From Octopus sinensis (lineage: Eukaryota), in the NCBI RefSeq assembly GCF_006345805.1, contig NC_043001.1:186001-250000 (forward strand): a stretch of 64,000 nt of DNA. Reading direction: 5' to 3'. Shown one piece after another: positions 12,138 through 25,249 of the stretch. Position numbers and translations under genes: made by a program. The notes under the pieces were generated by a model. That model did no database searches. It saw only the letters and a list, made by a program, of their open reading frames with translations, and was not told the DNA's origin. The number at the start of each line of letters is the position of its first letter. Position 1 is the stretch's first letter.

Positions 12138-12568
12138 GGGCAATCTTTCGTCTCTAGCAGACCTTTCCGTTGATTTCCGTAAAAAAATTTTTTTTTATTA
12201 CCTATGGGGCTTGCGGGAACTTTTGAAGTAATGAGAGCGAAAGAGACTAAGAGAAAGCGATTGTATGACGAGGGAAGTTCTTTTGAAGTTACCGTGCATG
12301 GGAAGCATTGATGTACATGTGTGTGTGTGTGTATGTGTGTTTGATGGAGTGTGGGAGACAGACAGTATGTTGTGTAAGTGAAGTGCTTCTGTTAGTGTGT
12401 GTGAAGAGACAGAGTAATGTGTGAAAGAAAGAGATAACTGAAATTTTTTACTCGGTGTATGTGTATATGTATGTATATTACTTCAAAAGTTCCCGCAAGC
12501 CCATATGTAAAAAAAAAAAAAATTTACGCAAATTGACGGAAAGGTCTACTAGAGACGAAAGATCGCCC
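12138..12568. mobile_element. MITE with ~93-bp TIRs
   Basis: GGGCAATCTTTCGTCTCTAGCAGACCTTTCCG...GGGAACTTTTGAAGTAAT (12138-12232) inverted against 12478-12568; AAACAG flanks both ends. Confidence 0.85.
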
Positions 12569-14629
12569 AAACAGAATAAAAATAGGAAAGCTAAGAGTAT
12601 TCGTACTTACATTCTTAGACAAATGGGTTTTGACGGCCCCAAACGACAAACGTGCAGATATCCGCACGATGCTGTGTGTTCAACTTGTTGATGGCAACTG
12701 CACCTCGACTCACTCCCTTATGATTTCTCCCAGTCGTTAGAAACAAATTCCTTTCTACAAGCGCAAACACAAATATAATCTTAATGCTACACCAGTAAGC
12801 TATGGTAAATTGAAAATATATTATCATGTCACAGATATACAACATTTGCTTACACAATCTCTACCACGCTACACCGGTCAGATGGTAAATTGTTTATTGC
12901 AGTACAGAAGGCGAAATTACTGAAATGATGCTATTGTGGAAACTAGCCGCGCACCTGCAGCTGACGGTTCCCGGACTGCGCGGACGCAACACGGGCACGT
13001 GCAGACAAGGGAGACAACTCTGTATTAACTATGATTAACAACCTTCACAATTATAGAATTGAAAGCAATAAATTTATTATAAACATTTTCAAAATAACTT
13101 TACCACTCGCTTTACACATAACCGATTGTATCTATTTCAGATAAATAACACTGTCATTAAAAAAAGATTCAGAATTCTTTAAAAATTATTGATTCGAAGA
13201 TTTAATTGTTAAAATTCCTAATTAACATTGAAATGTTCTATTCTGGGCGATTGGTATTCCATGTCGATATGGGAACACATCGTCATTCCCTCTCTTTTTC
13301 AGCCTCTTTACCTACGTCACGAGGGAAAGTTGTGCGGGTGAAGGATTCCGTCTACCAATACAGAAGTATTGCCTGTTTCTTTTGTAAATAGAAACCAAAA
13401 GCATTAACACAGCTTTAAGGCGAAACAGCGTGCAATATTATTAAAAATAATCTGCACTTTGTCACTTGCGTACTTTTGCTATTTATCCCTTTACCTGTAC
13501 TCACTAATCTCTTACCAAAATTTGCAAACGAATGGAAATATTTACCAAACTATGAACCATAACCTGAATTTTGTATACTCAGTAAATACGACTACAACAA
13601 ACCAACTATTTGAACACATTATAAATTATGCTTTTTCTGCATATTAATAATAATACAATCCTACCTAAAGCCTTCGTTACCATATTAGCAACAACTATAT
13701 CTGGAATAAAAGTTTTTTACTCTAAAATGGATTCCAATATAAATAAGTTTGATTTTGAAGTATTTGGGTAATCCAAGAGTTCGTTCCCTTGTTAGATTTT
13801 CTCATCGATGGAGAGTAACTATGCTTCGTTTTCAATTCTTTTTCCTTATTACGATTTTATCTTAATCATTATTGATTACATTCGTGTATACAAAATACAT
13901 ATAAAATCTCTTTCATTTTTCTGTCCTCTGGATTGTTTTGTGACCGGGGAATATACACAACAATGCACTTACTGTTCATTAGATAAGTGTGCTGCAAGAT
14001 GATTTACTGTTGAGATTTCCCATGGATTTTCTACTTAGAAAGCTGTCAGACTTTCGTATGAGAAGAGATGTATCTAAAGGAGAAGAGGGGATGTTTGATC
14101 TTAACATTATCATTGCATGACACAGCTTCACCATCTGTATTAGCAGTACTTCTTACCTCTACAGAAGTATAGTCATAACCTTCGTACATGTACTTACAGG
14201 TGTATCTTATATTCTGACAGAACAGAGTATGTGCCATATACTTTGTCTAAGTATTCTGGCAAGAAAACTTCCACATTTTTTGTCTCTTTGGTCATATTTC
14301 TTGATAAATATTTCTTGTTTGTCTTCTCATTTGATCTTTCTGAGCATGTTGTTTCCCCTCTTCCTCATTTACAACATCACATTGTTGAGCTCTTTTTTTT
14401 TTTTTTCCATGGTCTACATATCATCTTGTTGCTTGGCTCTCAATTACTGCATCCTTTCTGCGCCTCTAAGCCTGATTCAGCTGACTTCAGTCTGTTTTCT
14501 TTTCTCATTACGCTTTCCTATTGCAAAACCTTTGATGTTGAATTTTAAGACTGAATGCAAAGATATTTGATATTCAACAAATCAAAGGACTATGAAATAA
14601 AAATAACAAAGCAACATCATTAAAGCTAT

Positions 14630-15011
14630 ATCTTTTATCTTTACTTGTTTCAGTCATTAGACTGCAGCCATGCTGGGCCACTGCCTTGGAAGATTTTAGT
14701 CAAACAAATCAACTAATACTTATGTTTTTTAAGCCCCTTACTTATTCTGTCAGTATATTTTGCTGAACCTCTAAGTTACAGGGATGTAAACACACCAACA
14801 TCAGTTGTCAAGTGGAGTGGGAGTAGAAACAGACACAAACACACACACACACACATATATATATGATGGGCTTGTTTCACTCAAGCAAGTCCGCTCACAA
14901 GGCCTGAGACAATAGTAAAAGACACCTGCCCAAGATCATCTGCAGTGGGACTGAACCAGCACCATGTGGTTAGGAAGCAAGCTTCTTACCACACAGTCAC
15001 AGATGCACCTA
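14630..15011 (-). mobile_element. SINE family B, diverged full-length copy
   Basis: Reverse complement matches both halves of 7692-8150. Confidence 0.82.
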
Positions 15012-16189
15012 TAATAGAAACCTAACAGACACTTTTTGAATGTTGAACTTTTGGGAGAGAATGTCCAGATTCAGTTTTCTACTCTAAAGAACATACATTA
15101 AATCACAGAATTTTTTTAAATATGATGTTAGTCCAACAATACAAAAAGAAAATTAACTCTTTTCCCTCACTTCCTTACTGTTACTAAAACTACCATGCCC
15201 ATCTTCTCTAACTAACATACCAACCATTACTATTACAAAAAACTACTATAGTTCTCAGTAAATGTGTGTGTGTGGTAATTCACTAACATTTTTCTCTTCT
15301 CTAACCGCCACCACTAAAATTTCTCTCCCCCACACTGTGGCTGCCATTCCTCTCAGTATAACAAGTCTGCTTTCAATTGAAAGAATGATCAGAATCTTTA
15401 TAAGAAAATACTAACATATTAATATTATGATGTAAACAAATAAGAAAGTATTGTAGCCGAAATACACCCAGATGGCTTGGCTCGGCTTCACCCTTCCCAA
15501 CCAAACTTCTGCATGCAAGAATGTGCAACTTCATTCAAAATTAGAGAGAAATATTTGTGTTTTGCCAGTAAATGTTTAACTGGACACTGTGCCATGGAAG
15601 TTCAAGGATCCCAATAGCAAGACACCTACAAAAATAAAATATACATTACATATCAAAAAATTTACATTGGCTAACAAATCAATTTATAAACTTGACAGAA
15701 AGAATGAAATTTTTGAAGGCTACAGTGGGTTTGGTGAAAGACAGTTTGAATTGTTCAGAGGACATGAAGAAATAATTGTAAGAGAAATATCTGGCAAAAA
15801 ACAAACAACTCTATCGTGTTTTCTTTGTTTTTAGAAATCTTTTGTCCAAGAAATCCTGAACTAAACATAGGTAAGTGTTTCAGACCATGTGCAAGGGCAT
15901 TGTAACTGGGCAGCAGCATGTTTTATAATGAACATAAGTAGGTATTTTCTAAGGTTCAGTCTCTCTATTATCTTCTTTTCCTAGTTCCCAATCAATATTC
16001 ACACAATGTGCGTGTGTGTGACAGTGATTATATATTCCCTTAGCCTGGCAAGATACAAGAAAAACCAACAGTAGTGATGGTGCAAAGAAGAAAGCACCCA
16101 ATAAGTTCTATAAAGTGTTTGGCATTAAGAAAGACAGCAGACACTAGAATCCTCATCAAAGTGCACAACATTGGTGCAGTCCTCCAGCT

Positions 16190-16915
16190 TGTCACATCCT
16201 GTCAAACCATTTAATCTGAGCAAGTGATTGTATGATGCACGCATACAGACAGCACTTCTACATGGTAGTGAGGTGTGGGCTTTGGATGCAGAGAACATGC
16301 AAAGTTTAGAGGGGAATGAGGCTAGTATACTTTGTTGGATGTGTAATGTAAGTGCACATGTTTGACAGAGTGATAGTGTATTGAGAGAGAAGTTAGGCAT
16401 AAGAGAAATTAGATGCAATGTGCAAGAAAAAAGGCTGCACTGGTTTGGTCATGGATGCTGACAGTGCCATAAGAAAGTAGATGGAACACATGGAAGAGGG
16501 AGACGCAGGAAGACATGGGATGAAGTACTGAAAGACGACCTCAAGAAGCTGCACCTTTCAGTTGAGATGACAAAGGACTGAGATACCTGACACCTTGCTG
16601 CTGTATTCAAGAAGACTCGCACTACATAGCAGAAGTGGTAAGGTCACCCCCCACCCCACCCCCACCCGGCACATGTCAAAAGGATTGGCCTGCAAGAGTT
16701 GTGTGTTGGCCCAGCATAAAAGGCATCATTCCAGTGCTACATAAGAGCGCTTAAGTGGTGTTTATGCAAAAGCACCCAGCCCACACTCTGTAAAGTGGTT
16801 AGCATTAGGAAAGATATCAAGCCATAGAAACCATGCCAAATCAAAGTCGAGCCAAGTGCAGCTCTAATCAAACTGTCCAACCCATGTAAAAGAGACAGAT
16901 GATGATGATGATGAT
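16190..16915 (+). mobile_element. RTE LINE 3' fragment with (GAT)n tail, degenerate
   Basis: Similar to 29510-29940 (LYDA...LHGSE, LHWFGH); ends GATGATGATG. Confidence 0.82.
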
Positions 16916-17109
16916 GGTAGTAGTGTATGTCTTTTTACCTGTTTTAGTTATTAGACAGTGGCCATGCAAGGGCAGTGCCTTTGATGAATTCTAGTCAGAC
17001 AAATTGACCGAAGGATTTATTTTCTTTCAAGCCTGGTACTTATTCTAACAGTCTCTTTTGCCAAACCACAGGGACATAACCAACATCATTTGTCAAGCAG
17101 TGATGAGGG

Positions 17110-17420
17110 GACACACACACATATATATATAGAATGGACTCTCTTCTCTTTAGATGACATGAGGGTTTGACAATTTCTTACTGAACACAGGTGATTTGTT
17201 CATAGTGGTCAAATATTTGTGTACACATAAGCTCATTCTCTCCATCAAATTGACATTCCTCGTACAGGGGCAACTACATGTCAGATGTCAAAATGATCAC
17301 AGAGAAATGTGAAATGAAGTGCTTTGCTCAAGAACACAACGCAGCATCTGGACTGGGAATCAAAACCACAACCTCACAATTGTGAGTGCAACACCCTAAC
17401 CACTAACCCATGCACCTACA
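17110..17420 (-). mobile_element. tRNA-derived SINE (family C-like), diverged
   Basis: Reverse complement head AGGTGCATGGGTTAGTGGTTAGGGTG...TTTGATTCCCAG followed by TTCTTGAGCAAAGCACTT. Confidence 0.7.
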
Positions 17421-17777
17421 CACACATATATATATTGTATATATATATAAAAATAAATACATATATATATATATATTGTATATATATATAAAAATAAATA
17501 CATATATATATATATTGTATATATATATATAAAAATAAATACATATATATATATATTGTATATATATATATAAAAATAAATACAAGTATGGCGATAACTA
17601 TTAATTTCCAGTAACGCTGTCGTAATCTCCTTTAGAGAGACTTAGAAATTTTAATATTTCTATATATATTATATATATATATGTATATATATATATTTGT
17701 ATTCCACCTGCCTTCGTCTTTTGTTTATTTCCGTAAACCTGCCTTCGTCTTTTGTCTATTTTCATAAAGCTTCCCGT

Positions 17778-17810
<33 letters not shown>

Positions 17811-17859
17811 TATATATTATATATATATATATATATATATGTTATATATATATATAATA

Positions 17860-17896
<37 letters not shown>

Positions 17897-17925
17897 TATA
17901 TATATATATATTATATATATATAAT

Positions 17926-17992
<67 letters not shown>

Positions 17993-18015
17993 ATATATAT
18001 ATATGTATATATATA

Positions 18016-18280
18016 TCATCATCATCATCATCGTTTAACGTCCGCTTTCCATGCTAGCATGGGTTGGACGGTTCAACTGGGGTCTGGCGAGCCTGAAGGC
18101 TGCACCAGGCCAGTCAGATCTGGCAGTGTTTCTACAGCTGGATGCCCTTCCTAACGCCAACCACTCCGAGAGTGTAGTGGGTGATTTTATGTGCCACCGA
18201 CACAGGTGCCAGACGAGGCTGGCAGATGGCCACGCTCGGATGGTGTTTTTTATGTGCCACCGACACAGGTGCCAGACAGT
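18016..18280 (-). mobile_element. RTE-family 3' UTR/tail fragment
   Basis: Reverse complement of the CCCATGCTAGCATGGAAAGCGGACGTTAAACGATGATG tail also seen at 18800-18850, 34900-34945 and 49250-49288. Confidence 0.88.
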
Positions 18281-18541
18281 ATTTATATATATATATATGT
18301 ATATATATATATGTATTTATATATATATATATATGTATATATATATGTATTTATATATATATATATATGTATTTATATATATATATAAACCCATGCTAGC
18401 ATGGAGAACGGACGTTAAACGATGATGATGATATATGTATATATATATGTATTTATATATATATATATGTATTTATATATATATGTATATATATATGTAT
18501 TTATATATATATTTATATATGTATTTATATATATATGTATG

Positions 18542-18574
<33 letters not shown>

Positions 18575-18605
18575 GTATATATATGTATTTATATATATAT
18601 GTAAA

Positions 18606-18850
18606 AGACACGTAAAAGCACCATCCGTTCGTGGCCGTTTGCCAGCTCTGTCTGGCACCTGTGCAGGTGGCACGTAAAAAACACCCACTACACTCGCGGA
18701 GTGGTTGGCGTTAGGAAAGGCATCCAGCCGTAGAAACATTGCCAGATCTGACTGGGCCTGACGAAGCCTTCCAGCTTCACAGACCCCAGTTGACCCGTCC
18801 AACCCATGCTAGCATGGAAAGCGGACGCTAAATGATGATGATGATGATGA
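18606..18850 (+). mobile_element. RTE-family 3' UTR/tail fragment
   Basis: GGTGGCACGTAAAA...GGAGTGGTTGGCGTTAGGAAAGGCATCCAG...(GAT)n. Confidence 0.88.
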
Positions 18851-18860
18851 TGTATATATA

Positions 18861-18902
<42 letters not shown>

Positions 18903-19022
18903 GTATTTATATATATATGTATATATATACATGTATATATATTATATGTATATATATGTATATATGTATATGTATATATATACATATATGTATATATATA
19001 TATATATATGTATATATATGTA

Positions 19023-20679
19023 CTAGCAGTATCGCCCAGCGTTGCTCGGGTTTGTTTCGACCCGCTGGAATTGTAATTTTGAAAAGTAAAAATTTTGTGA
19101 ACATTTTTCTGGTCGAAATACACCGAAAAGTGGCGACACAGCAGTGAAAAAATCGTAAAAAATAGGGATTTTCATAGAAAAAAGCATCTTTTTGATGTAA
19201 ATAATTTTTGGTGTTAACATGGTCCGATTTGAATTTTATGTTCTATGGAAGGAAGAGCAACCCTTCTTCTACCATACTCTCAATTTTGGTCAACTTGCGC
19301 CGCAGGGTCTCGGAGGAGATAGTGTTAGTTGAAGGTTACCATTCTAGGTGCCTGAGTAACAACCTCGCGGATTTACAGATAAATGAATTAATTACTATTT
19401 TACAGAATAAAATTAAATAATTCTTGAAAATTAATTAATATTAATATTTTTTGAACAAAGTAAATAATTTTCAAAACTTAAATAATAATTTTTTTTACAC
19501 AAACGCGAACGGGGAAAAGGGGGTGGCGATTTCGATTTACATACCTAAATTTTTTCTTTTTCATGACATTGTAGCAAAATAGTAGTGAATTATATAAATA
19601 CCAGCAGTACATTTTTTTTTCTGGGGTATTTTTTTTCAACCTCGTCACATATTTGCCCCTTTCAATTTAAACAAAGTCTTAATTAAGCAATTACGGCAGC
19701 TTAGCAATGGTTTCAATACAGGCGTGACATCTGTATCTCAATTGTTCAAAACCCTTCGAATTTTTTCGCACGTGATGATATCATAGTGAAAACTTTCAAT
19801 TACGCGCACTTAGAAGTACGCTGGCAAATTAATACTACCAAAATTTTGAAGTTCGCGCTCCGCTTGTGTGTGTGTGTGTGCGTGCTTTAGGTGTACGTAG
19901 GTATGTGTTTTTGTGTGTGTGTGTCACTGAAGCCATACATACATATATACATACATAACCTCTCTCTCTCTTTTCTCTCTCAGTGACTCACTACAAAAAG
20001 TGAATAAAAAAAGTTCAGTTATTTCTGTCTTTCACTCTGTCTGTCTCTTTACACACACTAACAAAAGCACTTCACTTACACACCACACTTTCTGTGTCGC
20101 ACAACCCATCAAACACACACACACACACTCACGCACGCACACATGTACATCAATGCTTTCGGAGTGAAATGTTAAAATATTGAGTTTTCTCGAATTTTGT
20201 TTTAATTGGGGGTGAAATTGAAAGAAATATATTATGGCATGACCGAATTGAGTACTTTGAAAAATCTTAGGTAAACTCTAATTGAAGAAATTGTGTGAGG
20301 AGTAAATCGTTATGTATTTATTTGTTTCTGTTTGCTGTGTTTTTTTATTTTTTGAGTAGTAGTTTAAATACTTTCAGTTTAGTCTTCCTCAAATCACTCT
20401 GTCGCTATTTACTTTCATTTTATTCGTTGCACACTGTGTGTGTGCGTTTGCGTGTGGTGTATCCCACATTAAGAAAAACATTTGACATATACACCAGAAT
20501 GTGAGTTTTCTCTAAATTTTGCTTAATTGGGGTTGAAATTTTAAAAACCGGACCTGGCATGACCCGATACATTCTACTCTTAAAAATGCTAGGTAAATTG
20601 TAATTGAAGAAATCCTATATTGTAGATTTCTATAACTTACAAAGGGAGGCAGATAAAATCTGCCTTTTATAATAAGAGA
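19023..20679 (-). mobile_element. Complete non-autonomous Helitron (1657 bp)
   Basis: Minus strand: host A | TCTCTTATTATAAAAGGCAG... 5' end; 3' hairpin CCCGAGCAACGCTGGG then CGATACTG CTAG | host T; no TSD, A-T target. Confidence 0.85.
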
Positions 20680-20693
20680 TATATATATATATG

Positions 20694-23600
20694 TACTTTG
20701 ATACTTTGATAGGTTTCGGCCATTATTGGCCCAGGCCATGTCTAACTTAATAGCACCACCTGGTGAAGTCTTTCAAGTCAGAATTTGGGCACTATGGCCC
20801 ACTCAAGTAGAGAGTTATTGTTTACAGAGACATATCCGGGTGTAGGGGGTTTATCCGGGATTTCTTGAAGGAATCTGTCCAAAGACTTCTTGAACCCTAT
20901 AGGGTCAGTTTCTGTTTTAATGTGTTTTGGTGTAATGTTAAAGAGAGCGGGGCCAATTGAGGTGAAATAATTGTGCCATATTGTTGTTATGAGATGAGAG
21001 TGCGATTTTTGTTTTGGGCGGATGGCACGGGGCCCAAGCCTTGGATGTACCTTAAAGGTGATGCCAACATCATTTGGGCAATGCTGATGGAATATTTTCC
21101 ACATCATGCAGATGATGTAGCGCTCACGACGATGTTGGAGAGAATAAAGTTTTAGCTTTTCTAGTCGACCCCAATAGTCGAGGCCTGTCATGCCATCTAT
21201 CTTTTTTGTGATTGCCCTTTGAGGTGCTTCAACTTTTATGATACTTTGTTTTGTGTGGTGAGACCACAGTGGACAACAGTATTCAAGGTGGGGTCGGGCA
21301 AAAGTGAAGAAGAGAAGGATAATGGTGTGGATATCTCTCGACTGGAAAGTTCTGAGAATCCAGGAACACATTCTGCGGGCCATGTCAACTTTGGTGTTTA
21401 TATGAGTGGCCCAGCTTATGTTGTTGTCCACAATTACTCCCAAGTCTCTGATGTTGTTGGATGCCACGAGAGTTTCACCTGAAGGAAGGGAGTATGGGAG
21501 TTTCAGGGCATTCTCTTTTCCAAAGTGGATTAACTCAAATTTATCCTCGTTCAGCAGCATATTGTTTTTTTCTGCCATTGGATAACAGCCAGTAGATCTG
21601 ACTGAAGGCATGTCCGGTCACTCGCCTCATTTATGACCTTCTGTAGCTTGGAATCATCTGCAAAGATTTTTATGTTGCTGTGCTTGATGATGTCATTAAT
21701 GCCATTAATGTAGATGATGAAAAGAAGTGGGCCCAGCACAGTGCCTTGCGGAACGCCACTACTGACTTTGGCTGGGCTTGATTTTACCCCTTCAACTACA
21801 ACATGTTGAGATCTGTCTGTCAGGAAACACTTGATCCATTTCAGTAACTTTCCAGAGACACCAAAGTTGGATAGTTTTTTCAATAGGATCTTGTGATCAA
21901 CCCTGTCGAAGGCCTTACTGAAATCAAGGTAGATGACATCGGTGTTGGAGCCCTCTCCCAAAGCTCTCAAAATGTCATCAAAGTGATGCAGGAGCTGCGT
22001 TAGGCAGTCCCTTCCATTACGGAACCTATGTTGGTTAGAGATCAGCCGTCTGTTGCTTTCCAGAAATTGGGTTATTCGAGATCTCACCACCCTCTCAAAT
22101 ACCTTGATGATATGAGAGGTGAGTGAGATCAGACGGTAGTTCACTGCAAGGGACTTGTTTCCCTTTTTGAAAACTGGGACAACAGACTGGGACAGAAGGT
22201 TTTTTTGGAATATAGCCAGCATTCAGTGAGTTTCTCCACAGATTAGCAAGGGGAGATGCAAGTTGGTGTCGATACACTTTCAGGGCACAAGCAGGGAACC
22301 TATCGGGGCCTACTGCTGAATTGTGTTTTATTTCGTTTATCGCCGCTAAGACATCAGGGGCACTAAACGTTATGTCCGATATAGTGTGTTGGGAGTTGAC
22401 ATCACTGATACAGCCCAGATCGGCCATATCAGGATTGCTGAAAACAGAGCAGTATTGTTTCTGCAGTATCTCGGCCATGGATTTGGCATTATCTTGGAGA
22501 GTGCCAGTTTCATCAATTAGAGGGCCAACAATGGAGACAGTGACCCTGCATTTCCTCGCAAATGAAAAGAACACTTTGGGGTTGAGTTTGATTTTTTCAA
22601 TGGCCCACTTCTCATTTGATCTTTGGTTATTGATGAGGGTCTTCATGCATTGTTGGAGGTTATATTTTATGGATTCAAGCAGTGCGATAGCCATCGAATG
22701 TGTGTGTTGCTGTTGGCAGTACTTTAGTTTGTTAATTTTTTTTGTTTGTTCTTTTTATTTTTCTGATAATAGTTTTTCTGTTTTGGGGGATTCTGCACTT
22801 TTTGTTCACAGGTCTTGGTGGGGAGTGTTTCGCACATATGTCTGTGACGGCGTCTACAAAGATCTGCCAAGATGTTTTATGGTTGGTGGAGATGTGTGTA
22901 TGTGTAAAGGACCAGTCAACATGTGATAGCTCGTTCCTGATTGCATCCCAGTTGGCATTATGGAGATCCATGTTATCAAATGGGTGGGCTGGAGGGAGGT
23001 CACTAGGATTAGCTTTCAGCTGGTGGAATTTCATGTTACAGAGAACCATGTCATGGTCTGAAAGAAGGGTTTTTTCCACTGTAACGTTATGTATAGTGTT
23101 AGTGTGGTTACTAAACACTAGGTCCAAAATGTTCTTCTGATGTCTTGTTGGTGCAAGGACAAGTTGGGACAAGAAAAACTTATTCGTAAAGTCAAAAAGT
23201 GACTCTCCTGCTTCTTTGTCAGCGGTTGAGGCGGGAGTGCTTGGTTTCAAACAGTTTGTAGTCCAGTCAACACAGGGTAGATTGAAGTCTCCCATCATGA
23301 GTAGGTTGCTAGAATGGCACTGTTGAATAAAGCACTTAATGCTGTTGAGGCATTCTTTAAAGCACAGTATGAGTGTTTGGGGCGGCCTATAGAGCCCAAT
23401 TACTGTCAGGTCATTGGCTTTGTTGTGCACGGTGACTGATTCACAGTAGCCGTTGGAGAATATACTATTTCCATCTGCCGTAAACGAATCATGCAGGAAA
23501 ATGGCAGTTCCACCCTTCCTTCTGCCAATACGATCCGCGTGGATGGTTGTGAAATTCTTCACTCTCACTTCGGCTTCCAAGTGGGAGTTGTCAAGGTGGG

Positions 23601-24560
23601 TCTCAGTGAGAATGAAGAAAGGGATGTGGTGTGGTTGGTTACCAACCCAGTCTTCAATGAATTGGACCTTCCATCTTTGTGCATTGATGGAAGGGCTGAC
23701 ACCTTGTGCATTGAGTAGAAATGTGGAGGTTAGTGTAGTGGCTGGTTTTGACTGTTGCAGGGGGCTTGGATTTTTTGTGTGTGTTAGTGACAGCAATGTG
23801 GGGAATTGGTGCACTGGGGTAATAGCATAGGATGGTGTTGAGTGATGGCTAGAATATTTTTGTGTATCTCTTTTGCCATGTTCAACATGGCTAAAAGAGA
23901 ATTTTTCTGCTTAGGGGGCAGTTTTTGGCTGGAGGTGTGGTTGCACTGTTGGATAGGGTTGTAGTTTCCACTTTTGTTGTTGTTGTTTTTGTGTCTTCCT
24001 GAAAAGACTGGACCAGCATTAGTGCAGCATGGTGTGTTTTTATTTTAATTTTTATTCAGGTTTGTGTGTTGGCTTGAAGCCCCGTTTCTGTTTGTGCGTC
24101 GGGTCCCTGGAAGATGAGTGAAGGGACAGTCACTCAGTAGACATGTTCTCTCACGTTGGGAATACCGGCAGATTTTGGGACTCCGAGTTGTGTGTGTTTT
24201 GAATTTCGATTTACTATTTGGTGGTGTTGATGTTATTGAGGGATGCGTGCTTTGGCCTTGGCCGGTAGTGCGTCTAGTGCCAGGTAGATGTGTGAAGATG
24301 CAGTCACTATTTGTGCAGAGTCTCTGATGCAGTGAATAATGGCATATTTTGGGGTTTCTTGTTTGTGCCGTGGGGGGGCGCATTCTGCTTCATATGTTTC
24401 TTTAAGTTTTTGTTACTGCAGTAGTATTGAGGTGGTGATGTGGGGGAAGAGAGCAGTGGTTTCTTATTTGGTTTTTTGTTGGTATTTTTGGTGATAGAAG
24501 ACGATGGTGGCAGCGGTGGTGATGATGATGATAATTGTGGTGGTTGCCGTGAGAGCAGTG
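20694..24560 (-). mobile_element. Near full-length CR1/L2-type LINE: short ORF1 with two CCCH fingers, ORF2 APE plus RT split by frameshifts, (ATCAAAGT)n tail
   Basis: 24045-24383 two C-x8-C-x4-C-x3-H; 22732-23814 APE (ILTETHL, YRPP, GDFNLP, LDLVFSN, SDHD); 21551-22222 RT (NYRLISLTS, YLDFSKAFD, GVPQGTVLGP, FADD); 20778-21611 C-terminus. Confidence 0.95.
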
Positions 24561-24819
24561 TATATATATGTATATATATATGTATATATATATGTATAAT
24601 ATATATATGTATATATATGTATATGTATATATATATATATTATGTATATATATATATATGTATATATATGTATATATATATGTATGTATATATATATATA
24701 TGTATATATATGTATAATATATATGTATGTATATATATATATGTATATATATGTATATATGTATATATATGTATATATATGTATATATATATATATGTAT
24801 ATATATGTATATATATATG

Positions 24820-24886
<67 letters not shown>

Positions 24887-25078
24887 TGTATATATATATA
24901 TATGTATATATATGTATATATATATATGTATGTATATATATATATATGTATATATATGTATATATATATATGTATGTATATATATATATGTATATATATG
25001 TATATATGTATATATATGTATATATATGTATATATATATATATGTATATATATGTATATATATATGTATATATATATA

Positions 25079-25138
<60 letters not shown>

Positions 25139-25141
25139 GTA
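24561..25141. repeat. (TA)n/(TATATG)n microsatellite
   Basis: Direct reading. Confidence 0.95.
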
Positions 25142-25235
25142 TACTTTGATACTTTGATAGGTTTCGGCCATTATTGGCCCAGGCCATGTCTAACTTAATA
25201 GCACCACCTGGTGAAGTCTTTCAAGTCAGAATTTG
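25142..25235 (-). mobile_element. 94-bp exact copy of the LINE 3' terminus (20694-20787)
   Basis: TACTTTGATACTTTGATAGGTTTCGG...CAAGTCAGAATTTG identical at both loci. Confidence 0.93.
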
Positions 25236-25249
25236 TATATATATATGTA

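Noticed and set aside
13975-14590. Minus-strand exon-like segment with acceptor (tttcatag) and donor (gtaagt)
   Set aside because: All three frames contain stops and I recognise no protein family; cannot support it as CDS without RNA data.
17430-17585. Approximately 37-bp AT-rich tandem repeat
   Set aside because: Microsatellite-derived slippage; no information content beyond TA and AAAATAAAT.
22321-23830. Long antisense ORFs over LINE coding regions (also 26828-27340, 28585-28962, 35156-35533)
   Set aside because: They are shadow ORFs opposite retrotransposon ORFs, with no independent motifs.
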